DNA from: an uncultured delta proteobacterium
GTDB taxonomy: Bacteria; Desulfobacterota; Binatia; UBA9968
DNA length: 64,000 nt
Assembly: GCA_963745835.1 (NCBI GenBank)
Contig: CAVUZH010000005.1
Location: 32,001-96,000 of the forward strand
Direction of reading: 5' to 3'
Numbering within the stretch: the first letter of the stretch is position 1; every line of letters starts with the position of its first letter. Positions 37,562 through 47,594 of the stretch are shown here, in pieces. The position numbers and the translations under genes are program-made. The notes beneath the pieces are model-generated. The model ran no database searches. It was not told where the DNA came from and was given only the letters and a program-made list of their open reading frames with translations.

Positions 37562-38926
37562 ATGACTACGGATAAGATACCCAATACTCGCAACTGGAGC
37601 CCCAGCTTGACCGACACCCATGTCACTGAAGAATCCGGAAAAAAGGGACGGATTTTTTTTGGCTGGTATATGGTTGCCGCAAGCGTCGTGGCCAACACGA
37701 TTTTCTCCGCGGCCTATTTCCAGGGCTTCGGCGTTCTCATCCTCCCGATAGAGCGCACCTTCGGCTGGGACCGCTGGGTTATTTCCGCGGCCATGTCGCT
37801 GCGTCAGTTGGAGTCCGGCATTGTCAGTCCCGCTGTCGGCTTCCTGCTGGATCGCTTCAGCGCGCGTAAATTGATTTTCTGGAGCGCCGTCATCTCGGGC
37901 CTCGGCTTCATCGGCCTCGGCTTCACCAGCGGCATCGTCATGTTTTTTCTCTGCTTCGTGGTCATTTCCCTGGGAGCATCCGGCATCAGCCACGCTGTTA
38001 CCTGGCCCGTGATCATCTCGCGATGGTTTCGTCGCAACCGCGGTCTCGCCACCGGGCTTGCGGTAACCGGCCCGATCTTCGGCTCGCCTATCGTCATACT
38101 GAACACGCAGATCGAGGAGGCGTACGGCTGGCGCGTCGTTCTGTTTGGCTACGGCATTTTGATCTTGGTGGGGATTACTTTGCTCAGCATGCTGGTGCGC
38201 GACCGACCCGAGCCCTACGGCTTGCGGCCCGATGGAGACCCGCCGGAGGATAGCATCACCAAGGAACACCATGCCGGCTCACCACGGCGAATCGATGCGG
38301 GGCTGACGATGCACGCGGTGTTTCGCACCAAGGAGTTCTGGCTATTCACGAGCTACTTGTCCGGTACGTTCGCCGTTAATTCCGCGATTCAGGGCCACAT
38401 GATTCCCTACTTCCAGCAAGACATCGGACTTACCGCCGCCTGGGCGGCCGTGGTCATGTCCATGGTCTTCATCATCAGCGGGATTGGGCGCATCGGTGGC
38501 GGCTATCTGCTGGACAGGATGGACTATCGGCTGGTCCTCGCAGTTGTAGCCGCGATGATGGGCCTCGGGCTCTTGTACCTTCAGGTCGTGCCCGTGAAAA
38601 CGGTTTGGGCCACATTGCCATTCGCGGTAATGTTCGGCGTCAGCTTCGGCTGCCTGGTTCCGATGCGCGGTACCGTCGGCAGCATCATGTTCGGCACCCG
38701 TACCATCGGAGGAATTTTGGGGCTGCTGCAAGGGGGGCCGATTGCGGCGGGAGTCATTGGGCCCTTTGTCATGGGACTGATCTTCGACCTAAACGGGAAC
38801 TACTCCACTGCCATATGGGGACTCATCGTCATCAGCGCTTTGATGATACCGATGTCGCTGGCTATGGGCTCGCCCGCCGACCTGGCTAGGCGCATTAGGG
38901 CAGCCGACAGCGATAGGCGCAGTTGA
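37562..38926 (+). CDS. MFS transporter
   Basis: FFGWYMV, GFLLDRF, RWFRRNRG.A.G, PEPYGLRPDG, ~12 TM segments. Confidence 0.9.
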   Translation: MTTDKIPNTRNWSPSLTDTHVTEESGKKGRIFFGWYMVAASVVANTIFSAAYFQGFGVLILPIERTFGWDRWVISAAMSLRQLESGIVSPAVGFLLDRFSARKLIFWSAVISGLGFIGLGFTSGIVMFFLCFVVISLGASGISHAVTWPVIISRWFRRNRGLATGLAVTGPIFGSPIVILNTQIEEAYGWRVVLFGYGILILVGITLLSMLVRDRPEPYGLRPDGDPPEDSITKEHHAGSPRRIDAGLTMHAVFRTKEFWLFTSYLSGTFAVNSAIQGHMIPYFQQDIGLTAAWAAVVMSMVFIISGIGRIGGGYLLDRMDYRLVLAVVAAMMGLGLLYLQVVPVKTVWATLPFAVMFGVSFGCLVPMRGTVGSIMFGTRTIGGILGLLQGGPIAAGVIGPFVMGLIFDLNGNYSTAIWGLIVISALMIPMSLAMGSPADLARRIRAADSDRRS

Positions 38927-39078
38927 CCTACAACGAAACATTGGGCGAATTGTCAGTTACTCGAGAACCATCGCGCAAATTTCATCATGCGTTATAGGAA
39001 TTTTTGTACCGCAGCAGCGCAGCGCACAGAGTAGCGCCTTTGGTTTTCCTCTAGATAACGGCATTAGCGGCTTCATGT

Positions 39079-40029
39079 TTACTGGTTGGCGGCGGCGCGG
39101 AATTTGTTATTCTTTAGCAAATTGTAGTTGTCGATGAGCTGTTTCTTCTCGGCGTCGGAAATGCCGAGCTGGGGCCGGCGCACGAATGTTGTTTTAATCA
39201 GCCCTTCGTGTTGTAAGACGACCTTGATGCGCGCCACGGCTTCGACAATGGGTTCGCTGAAAACCAACTCTTTCAGGGCTTCCAATTCATTCTGGATGGC
39301 GGCGGCTTGATCGAAGTTTCCGGCCCGTCCGGCCAAATCCAACGCGCCCCATTTTTCCGTCGCAACATTGGCCACGCCGATGAGCGCGCCGTCAGCCCCC
39401 ATCTTATAACTCTCGGCAACAAACCGATCATTGCCAGTCAACACCCGCATCTCGGCGTTGTCGCGCTCCAGCGCTTGGATGGTGTCACGGAAAAGATTAA
39501 TGTCGAAAGACGCTTCTTTGAACGCGACGACGTTTTCGAGCCGGGCGATGCGGCAAATGGTTGCCGGATCGTAGTAATAACTCTTAACCGGTATCTGAAA
39601 AAGCACGATGGGCAGCTTGGTTTCTCGGGCCAGATCCTCGAAGAAGCGCACTTTGAGATTCGGGTCAACCTTGCCCCAGGCAAACAGCAAAGGCGGAAAG
39701 ATCATCACGCCATCGACCGGAATATTCTCCAGATCGCGCACAAGCGCAACTGCTTCATCCGTCGACTGAGGCGCGATCGTGGCGATATGCACCTTGCCGG
39801 CTTCGCGCGCGACTTTGCCGGAAATCTCGTAAACGCGGCGCTTCTCCTCGATGCTCAGCACCGGGCTTTCGCCGATACGCGCGCACGAGACCAATCCCGC
39901 GACGCCGGGGAGCGAAGCGAAATAAGCGGTCAGCCGATTTAAGCTCTCCACATCGATAGCTCCGGATCGATCGAACGGCGTTACATGGGGGATGAAGAGA
40001 CCGCTGAAACGTTCATGAAGCGATGGCAT
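39079..40029 (-). CDS. Dihydrodipicolinate synthase/N-acetylneuraminate lyase-family aldolase (not DapA)
   Basis: VTPFD, IGES..LS.EE, Schiff-base Lys in AFKEAS, LTGND, GADGALIG, VRRP. Confidence 0.85.
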   Translation of the reverse strand: MPSLHERFSGLFIPHVTPFDRSGAIDVESLNRLTAYFASLPGVAGLVSCARIGESPVLSIEEKRRVYEISGKVAREAGKVHIATIAPQSTDEAVALVRDLENIPVDGVMIFPPLLFAWGKVDPNLKVRFFEDLARETKLPIVLFQIPVKSYYYDPATICRIARLENVVAFKEASFDINLFRDTIQALERDNAEMRVLTGNDRFVAESYKMGADGALIGVANVATEKWGALDLAGRAGNFDQAAAIQNELEALKELVFSEPIVEAVARIKVVLQHEGLIKTTFVRRPQLGISDAEKKQLIDNYNLLKNNKFRAAANQ

Positions 40030-40210
40030 AAATTCCTCCGGCGGATTGTGCTAAGAACTCAATAGGCATTATCGTGATTGAAAAAGACTCAGGCATAAGT
40101 AGAACAAATTACCAGGACAGGTCAAGGCGAACAATCGTCACAGTCGGTTTCGAGCGCAGCCGAAGGTTTCGAGATGTCAGGCTCATTGTTAGCCATCGAG
40201 GGAGCATAAT

Positions 40211-41773
40211 ATGAATGCGGCTATTTCCTGCGACGACCTCGCTCGACTGATGGCGTCGGCGCAGCGTTTCGCGGTTTTCGACGTGCGCGAACGCGGTGAA
40301 TACAACCAATGTCAGATTCCCGACACAACTTCACTGCCGCGGAGTCAGATCGAATTCCGTGTCGCCGAGTTGGTGCCCGATCGCAAAGTGCAGTTGATTG
40401 TTTACGACGAGGGCGGCGCGCGCGCGCCATTGGCGCGGGCGACGTTGACGCGCCTCGGCTACCAACATGTTGCGATACTCGACGGCGGCTTGGGTGCATG
40501 GCAAAGCCAAGGACGCCCTACATTTGCCGGCGTCAATGTGCCGAGCAAAGCTTTTGGCGAGCGAGTTCATCATGAGCGGGATGTTCCCGATTTAACCCCG
40601 GAAGAGCTTAAGTCACTGCAGGATCGTTCGACGGATCTGGTTATTCTCGATGTTCGCACTCCGGAGGAGTACGGCCGGTTTTGCATTCCCGGCGGCATCA
40701 ATGTTCCTGGCGGTGACCTGATTCTCTGGGTCGAAGAATTGAAGCAGCGCAAGCCGACAAATGTCATCGTCAATTGCGCCGGGCGCACACGCAGCATCAT
40801 CGGCGCCGCCGCGCTGCGCCGCCTCGGCCTCACCAACGTTCGGGCGCTCAGAAATGGAACCATGGGTTGGGTGCTTGCCGGATTCGAATTGGAAAAAAAA
40901 CCTCAACGGCCGGCGCCGCCCCCACCTGCCATAGGTCGTGACAAGGCGGCGGCGTTGGCGCGCCGCATCGCGGAGGAAGAATCCATCTCGTGGATCTCTA
41001 CTTTAGAGTTGTCGGATGCGCTCGAAAGCAGAAGCATTGATTATCTCATCGACGTTCGCTCCGAAAACGAGTTCGCATTCGGTCATGTGCCGGGATCGAT
41101 CAGCATCCCTGGCGGGCAGGCGGTGCAACGCGCGGATGATTTCGTCGCCGTGCGCAACGGGCAGATCGTCTTCATCAGCAATGAATCTGCGCGCGCCGTT
41201 ATGGCGGCATTTTGGTACCGCCAAATGGGTTTCTCCCATGTGGCGGTGCTGCAAGGCGGTCTGCGCGCATGGGCGGAGAGCGGCGCACAAATCGAGAAAG
41301 GATCACTGCGAAATGAGCCGATTGGTTTCGAAGCTGCCCGTCAGACTGTGCGCGTCGTTGACCCTCCCACCATTGAAGTGAAAATGCGCGATTCCTCGGT
41401 TTTGCTTCTCGACGTCGGCGCGAGTCTCGATTTCGAAACGGCGCATCTTCCCCGCGCTAAATGGATTTCACGTGGCTGGCTTGATCTTAAACTACCGGAA
41501 CTTTACCCAGAGCGAACTCAGCCGATCGTCTTGACTTGTGCCGACGGTCGCTCGTCGATACTAGCGGCGCTGACACTGAGCGAGTTAGGTTACAGCGATG
41601 TTGTGGTTCTTGGCGGCGGCGTGCGCGCGTGGTCGGCGGCCGGCTTTCCCACTGAACAAGGAGTAGACGGCTGCTTGGTCGAATGCAACGACGTGGTTTT
41701 ATCGCCGTCGATCCGCGGCACCAAGGAAGACATGCAGCGTTATCTGGATTGGGAGTTGACACTAACGAAGTAA
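40211..41773 (+). CDS. Four-domain rhodanese/sulfurtransferase
   Basis: Four DVR/DVG...GG..AW rhodanese repeats, GVNVPSKAFGE, active-site NCAGRTRSIIG, C-terminal MQRYLDWE. Confidence 0.9.
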   Translation: MNAAISCDDLARLMASAQRFAVFDVRERGEYNQCQIPDTTSLPRSQIEFRVAELVPDRKVQLIVYDEGGARAPLARATLTRLGYQHVAILDGGLGAWQSQGRPTFAGVNVPSKAFGERVHHERDVPDLTPEELKSLQDRSTDLVILDVRTPEEYGRFCIPGGINVPGGDLILWVEELKQRKPTNVIVNCAGRTRSIIGAAALRRLGLTNVRALRNGTMGWVLAGFELEKKPQRPAPPPPAIGRDKAAALARRIAEEESISWISTLELSDALESRSIDYLIDVRSENEFAFGHVPGSISIPGGQAVQRADDFVAVRNGQIVFISNESARAVMAAFWYRQMGFSHVAVLQGGLRAWAESGAQIEKGSLRNEPIGFEAARQTVRVVDPPTIEVKMRDSSVLLLDVGASLDFETAHLPRAKWISRGWLDLKLPELYPERTQPIVLTCADGRSSILAALTLSELGYSDVVVLGGGVRAWSAAGFPTEQGVDGCLVECNDVVLSPSIRGTKEDMQRYLDWELTLTK

Positions 41774-41807
41774 GCGCGGCAAGCGCACAGGAGCTTTCTG
41801 CTCTACC

Positions 41808-42374
41808 TCAGCAGTTCTCATATTTCGGACTGGCAAACGTTTTGACGGCTTTGGTGTCAATGTCGAAGCGCAATCGCGGCATGTCGGTCAGATCCTTGCC
41901 GTAAACGTGGATCTCTACGGTATTGCGATCGGTAACGTTGTTCATCTCATGGATGTCATCTGCGGGCGCGACCAGGCAAGAAACCATTCCCGCTTTGTTA
42001 TTGACCACGCCCGTTACTTCAAGTTCGGCATAGCTGGCTTTGGTGCCGTCATCATTGCGCCGAAATCGAGTTTCTTGAATTTCGTTTTCGATTACACCGA
42101 CCAAACCCCATGTATCATGGTTGTGAGCCTTGGCGTTATCGCCCGGACCCCAAACGATGGAGGAGACGTTGAACAGCGGCGCCCGGTGCAGCATATAGCG
42201 GCCGTATGCTGTGCTGCCGCGGCGTGTGTACTTCTCATCCAGGCAGTCCGGCCGCTCGATGAGTTTGGCAAGTAGTGGCTTTGCCTTGGCGACGATGCTT
42301 TCCTGCGAAGTTTCCGCGCGCGTGATCCGATCGAGATCCTCGATGAAATCCGGCAACGAATAGCTGGCGGCCAT
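41808..42374 (-). CDS. Cysteine dioxygenase-family thiol dioxygenase (cupin)
   Basis: YGRYML, VWGPG....HNH.TWG, DIHEM, EIHVYG. Start at 42374 or 42380. Confidence 0.85.
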   Translation of the reverse strand: MAASYSLPDFIEDLDRITRAETSQESIVAKAKPLLAKLIERPDCLDEKYTRRGSTAYGRYMLHRAPLFNVSSIVWGPGDNAKAHNHDTWGLVGVIENEIQETRFRRNDDGTKASYAELEVTGVVNNKAGMVSCLVAPADDIHEMNNVTDRNTVEIHVYGKDLTDMPRLRFDIDTKAVKTFASPKYENC

Positions 42375-42380
42375 GTTCAT

Positions 42381-42408
42381 TTTCTAGCACGATTCGCAGG
42401 AAGGTCAA
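42381..42408 (-). promoter_or_regulatory. Putative leaderless sigma70 promoter of thiol dioxygenase
   Basis: Minus strand TTGACC-16 nt-TAGAAA (TG-extended), 6 nt before ATG 42374. No RBS. Confidence 0.4.
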
Positions 42409-42773
42409 AAGGCGTTCACGCCTTTACTCTGCTGAACCTGAACATCGACGCATGCGAGCCGTGCGGGAGCAAGAGTATAGGTGTCGTACGAAAATGATCG
42501 AGTAAACGATAAATGTTGGTTCGGTAACCGGACCCTGACTATCTCGACCGTTTAAGTCGTTGTTAAAGCTACGATTAATGACCGAAAGTCTTAGCTTACA
42601 TATGTCTTTAATCGGCACAACCGTTGCTATCTATAAGGGAAGAATTGCAGAATTGATGACCGAAGAATGCAACGAAACCTGAACCGATGTGGCGAATATA
42701 GCTACTACAAATTCACCACCACTATTAAAACAGCGGCCCCTTGCTGTGGACGTGATTCCTCAGGAGAGATTCG

Positions 42774-43103
42774 ATGAAAATAGCGACCGCTTCGGAATAT
42801 GATGAGCAAGAATGCATCCTCGATGAGACATCACAGAGTTCGGCCGCCTATGCCGGTGTCGGCGATGATTGTTTAATCATAACGATGCCGCCGCCCGAAG
42901 TGATTGCCCAGTGGGACGGGCATGATGATTGTTGTGAGTTGAAGCGTATCGTACGTGATCTTCGCTGGACCAGCATGATCAGCGACGCGTTGGTTGTGCT
43001 GGCAATCACCGCAGCGATTTATTTTTCCCCGAGCCTCGACACCCTGCGAGGTCTTGTGGAAAGGACCGCCGTGTCCGTTGCCGAGGCAGCCCGAGCCCAC
43101 TAG
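42774..43103 (+). CDS. Hypothetical small membrane protein
   Basis: AGGAG RBS, 109 aa, acidic N-terminus plus one TM-like segment (ALVVLAITAAIYF). Confidence 0.5.
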   Translation: MKIATASEYDEQECILDETSQSSAAYAGVGDDCLIITMPPPEVIAQWDGHDDCCELKRIVRDLRWTSMISDALVVLAITAAIYFSPSLDTLRGLVERTAVSVAEAARAH

Positions 43104-43580
43104 TCTCAATCCGCTTTAGTCTCCTGCATATCGATCCGGTTCCCAAGCCACCATTTGCTTTTAGTCCTTCGCACTTTGGTCCGCCTCCAAGGGTCTGCGA
43201 GGTCATAGCCAGTCGGTTCGAGCTGGCTCTACTCCTGCAACCGGCGGTTGTTTCGGTTGTAGCCGCTCGGCCGGTAGCGTAGAGACTCACCCCGTTCCTT
43301 CCTGCCAACGATAAATTGCGTCAACCGGAATGTCGGAATCGGGTAAAGCTTCTTTCTGATTTGATACGACTTGCGAAATCCGTTGTGAGGATCGGCGCTT
43401 TTGCGTATGGGCGTTGCGGGAATGAGCTTACCTATTCGCCGCCTCCAGGCAAATCGTTATCGAGAGCAAAAAAATCGGCCAGGCTTTGGGGGCCTGGCCG
43501 ATGCCACTGAACGGGGTGAGTCCAGTGGTGCCGTTCTTCCCGAGTAGCTGAGTTAAGGAGGCAGCGCGGGAAGCGGCGAA

Positions 43581-43784
43581 CTAATTTAGCTCAGCTCTGT
43601 TTGCTGTGTGATACCATTTCGATTTCGATTCATGGAGACGCCTTTGCAGATAAGTATCTTTCGGCCAATCCCAAATCCGGCCAGGCAGCTGCTCACCATT
43701 GTATGGCGCGCCGTTGACCTTGCTCTGAGAAAAAACGAGCTGCCAAAAACTTGGTGTTTCTAAATTTTTTTCGATGGTTTTCAT
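43581..43784 (-). CDS. Hypothetical small protein (67 aa)
   Basis: AAGGAG RBS before ATG. No recognisable motif. Confidence 0.4.
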   Translation of the reverse strand: MKTIEKNLETPSFWQLVFSQSKVNGAPYNGEQLPGRIWDWPKDTYLQRRLHESKSKWYHTANRAELN

Positions 43785-44362
43785 TTGAGTCTCTCCTTAC
43801 CTTTCTTGCAGATGATCTGTCCTTTTTGCTCTGCTGAATGGGTTGCGTAGCTGGGTTCCGATGGAGCAGACGGCGTGCCGGGCGTGCGAGATCCACTGCA
43901 CGTCAACTTTGTCGTGATTTTTGCCGCGATTTTCCCTGGATAGCTCCGGCAGCGACGACCTCTTTGAGGGTTTCTAAGGCTCATCGGTCAGAACTGCCGG
44001 CTCTGGTCTTCGGTGTCTTTAGGAGCACGCCGGCACTAGCAATTCATCTTGTTTGCCGCATATTGCCGCCCACATACGCCGGACTCATCTGGTGACATCC
44101 TGTTTGATTTAGCTCAGCAGCAAACTTTATGAAGCGATGACGTTAAATTGGCTTGCAACACAACCCGGTGATTCCGCTCGAATGCAATCCTTACGGATCT
44201 GAGTTAACTAATGGGCGTTGAAAAGTCGCCGCAGGAAAAAAGAAAGGTACGGCTAGAGCGTTTGTGCCGCGAAGCGTGCGCCTGTGACTTTAGCAGTTGA
44301 GGAGCTAGAGGGAGAACACTATCGCGGTATCTTAAAGCGATGCAGCCAGTGGACGCTCCGTT

Positions 44363-45358
44363 CTACACGTGATAGACATGCAGCGTCTCTTTCGCAAAAA
44401 GGTCATCCACTTTTATGTTCCGGTTGCTCAGGCCTTGTTCCCGGGAGTACCGGAGAAAAGTTTCCAAGGTATTACGGTTAGGTTCGACACCGTAAGGCCA
44501 ATAATCGTGCCCCATCAACTGTCTGGTTTCGTCGAGGTAATGGCCGGCCCAAGGAAGCGCGGCGTGAAGTGAGTCATTCTTGTAAAGAGTTTCAATGCAG
44601 TGCGTCTTGGCTTCGAGCAGCGCTTTGTAGAGGCTTTGCGCCACCCAGGGATGGCGTTTATAGATATCTTCGCGAAGGACCATTACATGCATGATCGGAA
44701 ATATCCCTGTGCGCTGAAAATGATCTCGTTCGGCCTCACGCGGATTGGCGAAGAGTCGCCGTACTTGCGAGAGCCGCTTCACATACGGCGCAGGCACCTG
44801 GGCTGTCATTAGGGCATCGACTTCGCCGGCCACCAGCATGGCGGAAAGATTCTTGCCTTCGGCGATGGCTTCAACTCTAATATCCGGCGGTAACTGCAAT
44901 GGCACCTTCTCTTTGCGGCCCGAAGATTCAAGTCCTCCCGTCAGCCATTGTACGTCTTGCGGACGGACGCCATAATCGTCTTGCAAAAAGCCCCGCAACC
45001 ATACAGTGGCGGTCATCTGCCACTCGGGCACACCGACGCGCTTTCCTTTCAAATCCTCAGGCTTGACAATACCGGCTTTGACGTTGACGTAAGCGCATGA
45101 GTGTCGAAACTTACGATATACGAAAGCGGGAATGCCAATGAACGGATATTCATCGCGCGCCTTGCCCGCCACGAAACTGCCCAGTGACATCTCGGCGGCA
45201 TCAAATTCTTCATTGATCCCCATGCGCCAATGAACCTCAGGCGGTTTATTGATCGTGACGAAGTTGATTTCCATTCCTTCCGCTCTGATGATGCCGTCGC
45301 GCAGCGGCCGCACAATATCATAATCACCGCAAGCTAAATCAATCTGTAAAACGGCCAT
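44363..45358 (-). CDS. 4,5-dihydroxyphthalate decarboxylase (PhtD/OphC)-like protein, periplasmic-binding-fold, no signal peptide
   Basis: LACGDYD...PL.DG, FDAAEMS, RKFRHS, GVPEWQMTA.VW.RG, TGIFPIMH, WPYGVEPNR. Confidence 0.8.
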   Translation of the reverse strand: MAVLQIDLACGDYDIVRPLRDGIIRAEGMEINFVTINKPPEVHWRMGINEEFDAAEMSLGSFVAGKARDEYPFIGIPAFVYRKFRHSCAYVNVKAGIVKPEDLKGKRVGVPEWQMTATVWLRGFLQDDYGVRPQDVQWLTGGLESSGRKEKVPLQLPPDIRVEAIAEGKNLSAMLVAGEVDALMTAQVPAPYVKRLSQVRRLFANPREAERDHFQRTGIFPIMHVMVLREDIYKRHPWVAQSLYKALLEAKTHCIETLYKNDSLHAALPWAGHYLDETRQLMGHDYWPYGVEPNRNTLETFLRYSREQGLSNRNIKVDDLFAKETLHVYHV

Positions 45359-45436
45359 GCGTGAACTCCTGAATCTTCGTTGGTTCCTACAAGGATAAAG
45401 CTGACCGGGACGGATGGAAATGTGTCCTCGAAAGAA

Positions 45437-46408
45437 TTACTTCCTCTCCTTTAACACTTCATCGGTTAGTGAGTAGTCCATAACCTTAGCTACCGGCACT
45501 GGCGTCGGGATCATCTGGGTGGAGTAAGCAAGGTCGTAAATATCCTGTAAGTCCTTTAACGGAATCTTGCCGTCCGGCGTTAGACCCTCCAGCCAAAAAC
45601 GATACGCTTCATCCGCGGCTTTAGGCGATAGTTTCCATTTATTCTGAACGTAATTAACCATCCACGTTTTCTCTTTGCGATTAAAATCCATCGAGTCGAA
45701 GAGAGCGCGAATGACGGCTTTGACGCCGGCGGGATCTTGTTTCAGTTTTGCTTCGCGGGTTGCAATGCCGCCGGAAGCCGAGCGCATATTGAACTCGGTG
45801 GCGGAAGCTATCTCACGATATCCTCGCTGCATCATGACAACGTTGTGAGGCAGGGAGAGCAGGGCTGCGGCTACCGAATTTTGGCTCAGCGATTGAACGC
45901 TGTTGGAAACCGATCCGGTTTGAACAAAGGTGACTCGTTCGGGATTTACACCTTTTCTTTTGATCAGATCTCTGGCGATGATGTCTTGCAGTGTTGCAAG
46001 CCGATCGACGGCAACAGTTTTGCCGATCAAATCTTCGGCGCGACGAATCTCCGGGTTGGCAATGAGCCAAAAGAGCGGCCGTTCATGCGTCACCAAAATT
46101 CCTTTAAAAGGCAGGCCGCGCGCGGCGGCGACCAGCGGCCCGGTGATACCAGTGAGATGGTCGATTTCACCTGCCACTAAGGCGGATGTTTGAACCGCTC
46201 CCGCCAGTTGGATCAACTCGACATCGAGTCCGTGCTTCTTAAAGATGCCGGCGTCCTTGGCAACAAAGAAAGTCAGAAAGGTAAGACTAAAAGCAGGGTA
46301 GCCGATTTTGACCTTCTTGAGTTCCTGCGCTCCGGCGCAAATCGGGGATGAAAGGAAAAAAACCAAGGATCCGAACAGAATTAATCTTGAAATGAATTTC
46401 CGTGCCAT
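45437..46408 (-). CDS. ABC-type substrate-binding protein, NMT1/THI5/SsuA family
   Basis: Signal peptide, GIFKKHGLDVEL, ALVAGEID, DLIGKTVAV. Shorter C-terminus (DYSLTDEVL). Confidence 0.85.
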   Translation of the reverse strand: MARKFISRLILFGSLVFFLSSPICAGAQELKKVKIGYPAFSLTFLTFFVAKDAGIFKKHGLDVELIQLAGAVQTSALVAGEIDHLTGITGPLVAAARGLPFKGILVTHERPLFWLIANPEIRRAEDLIGKTVAVDRLATLQDIIARDLIKRKGVNPERVTFVQTGSVSNSVQSLSQNSVAAALLSLPHNVVMMQRGYREIASATEFNMRSASGGIATREAKLKQDPAGVKAVIRALFDSMDFNRKEKTWMVNYVQNKWKLSPKAADEAYRFWLEGLTPDGKIPLKDLQDIYDLAYSTQMIPTPVPVAKVMDYSLTDEVLKERK

Positions 46409-46466
46409 TGCGTCTGCTCTTTGTGCGGCAGTAAAGCTTCACGCCAATTTTGCTGAAACGGAATTG

Positions 46467-47456
46467 TCACCGATAGAGGCGCTCGATAAACCCTTCTTTT
46501 TCTATCTCGCGCACGACAGTATCATCAATCACATCATCGAGCGTAACCTTGCCGGCGGGATTGGCGCTGCGAGCCTGATCCAGTTGCGCTTTCATTCCGT
46601 CGCGTGTGACGTAGGGTGATCGCTCCAGGATTTTGGCTGTTGTACGGTAGGCGTCTTCAAGGTACGCCGTATTGGCCGAAGCATGGTACTTGGCGATGAT
46701 CTTTTGCGTCCCGTCTTTGTCGTTCTTGAAGTAGTGCGTCGCTTCAGTCAAGGCCATGACGAAGCGCTTTACCGTGTCGCGCCGTTTCGCAAGAAAGCTC
46801 TTGGTGGTTGCCGCACAGACCCATGGAAATGCCGGCGGTTTCTGCAGATCGGCCATGCTGATCAGAACTTTGTGCGGCACTGCTTTGCCGACCAGGTGAA
46901 TGCTCCCGGGCGGATTGATAAATCCCGCCACTGCGCCTTGGCTAAACGCGGCAATTCGTTCCGGCGCCCCACCGATTTGCCGCAAACCCACGTCATCGAT
47001 TGCCCTCAGACCCAAGCTTTTCAGCAGCTCGCGCGCCGCAACATCCGAGACGCTGCCAATCCGGCTTATCGCGATCGCTTTGCCTTTGAGGGCGTTTGCT
47101 GAGGTTATGGAGGGGTGGACCACCAGATCGAAATCGATGGTGTTGATGAAACAGGCAACGCTCAGTAGATCGGCGCCCTGTACGGCCGCATTGGCGACAC
47201 CGCTACCACCGGCCATCGCGATTGGCACATCCTGCCCGAGAATTGCCGCCGCAGTGACCGTAGTGCTGCCGATGTAAACCACGTCAACGTCGAGGCCATG
47301 CTTTTTATAGAAGCCTCGTTCTTTAGCAATGTTCCAGATCGCATTGGTGGCGCCGATGGACGCGTAGGAGGTCTTAAGTCTCTCTTGAGCAACGGTATCG
47401 TCGGTCACACCGACTGCAATAAGAATCACAAGAGCAGCTATTGAGATAAAATTCAT
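46467..47456 (-). CDS. ABC-type substrate-binding protein, NMT1/THI5/SsuA family
   Basis: GFYKKHGLDV, LKGKAIAISRIGSVSD, C-terminal DDTVVREIEKEGFIERLY. Confidence 0.85.
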   Translation of the reverse strand: MNFISIAALVILIAVGVTDDTVAQERLKTSYASIGATNAIWNIAKERGFYKKHGLDVDVVYIGSTTVTAAAILGQDVPIAMAGGSGVANAAVQGADLLSVACFINTIDFDLVVHPSITSANALKGKAIAISRIGSVSDVAARELLKSLGLRAIDDVGLRQIGGAPERIAAFSQGAVAGFINPPGSIHLVGKAVPHKVLISMADLQKPPAFPWVCAATTKSFLAKRRDTVKRFVMALTEATHYFKNDKDGTQKIIAKYHASANTAYLEDAYRTTAKILERSPYVTRDGMKAQLDQARSANPAGKVTLDDVIDDTVVREIEKEGFIERLYR

Positions 47457-47594
47457 TGCGCAGACGTACCTTTCGCGCGCTGCCCGTGGAGAGAATCAAT
47501 TCTGCGTTCCGACTTCAGAAGCCCGGCTGAAAGACCCGAACCTAATTTATGAGTCTGAATTCTGAATCTTTATTTTTCCCTAAAAGAGCTCGAG

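Noticed and set aside
37409-38272. Long antisense ORF (also 34971-35963, 21686-22426, 57256-58164, 48703-49365)
   Set aside because: Shadow ORFs opposite well-supported genes, typical of GC-rich DNA.
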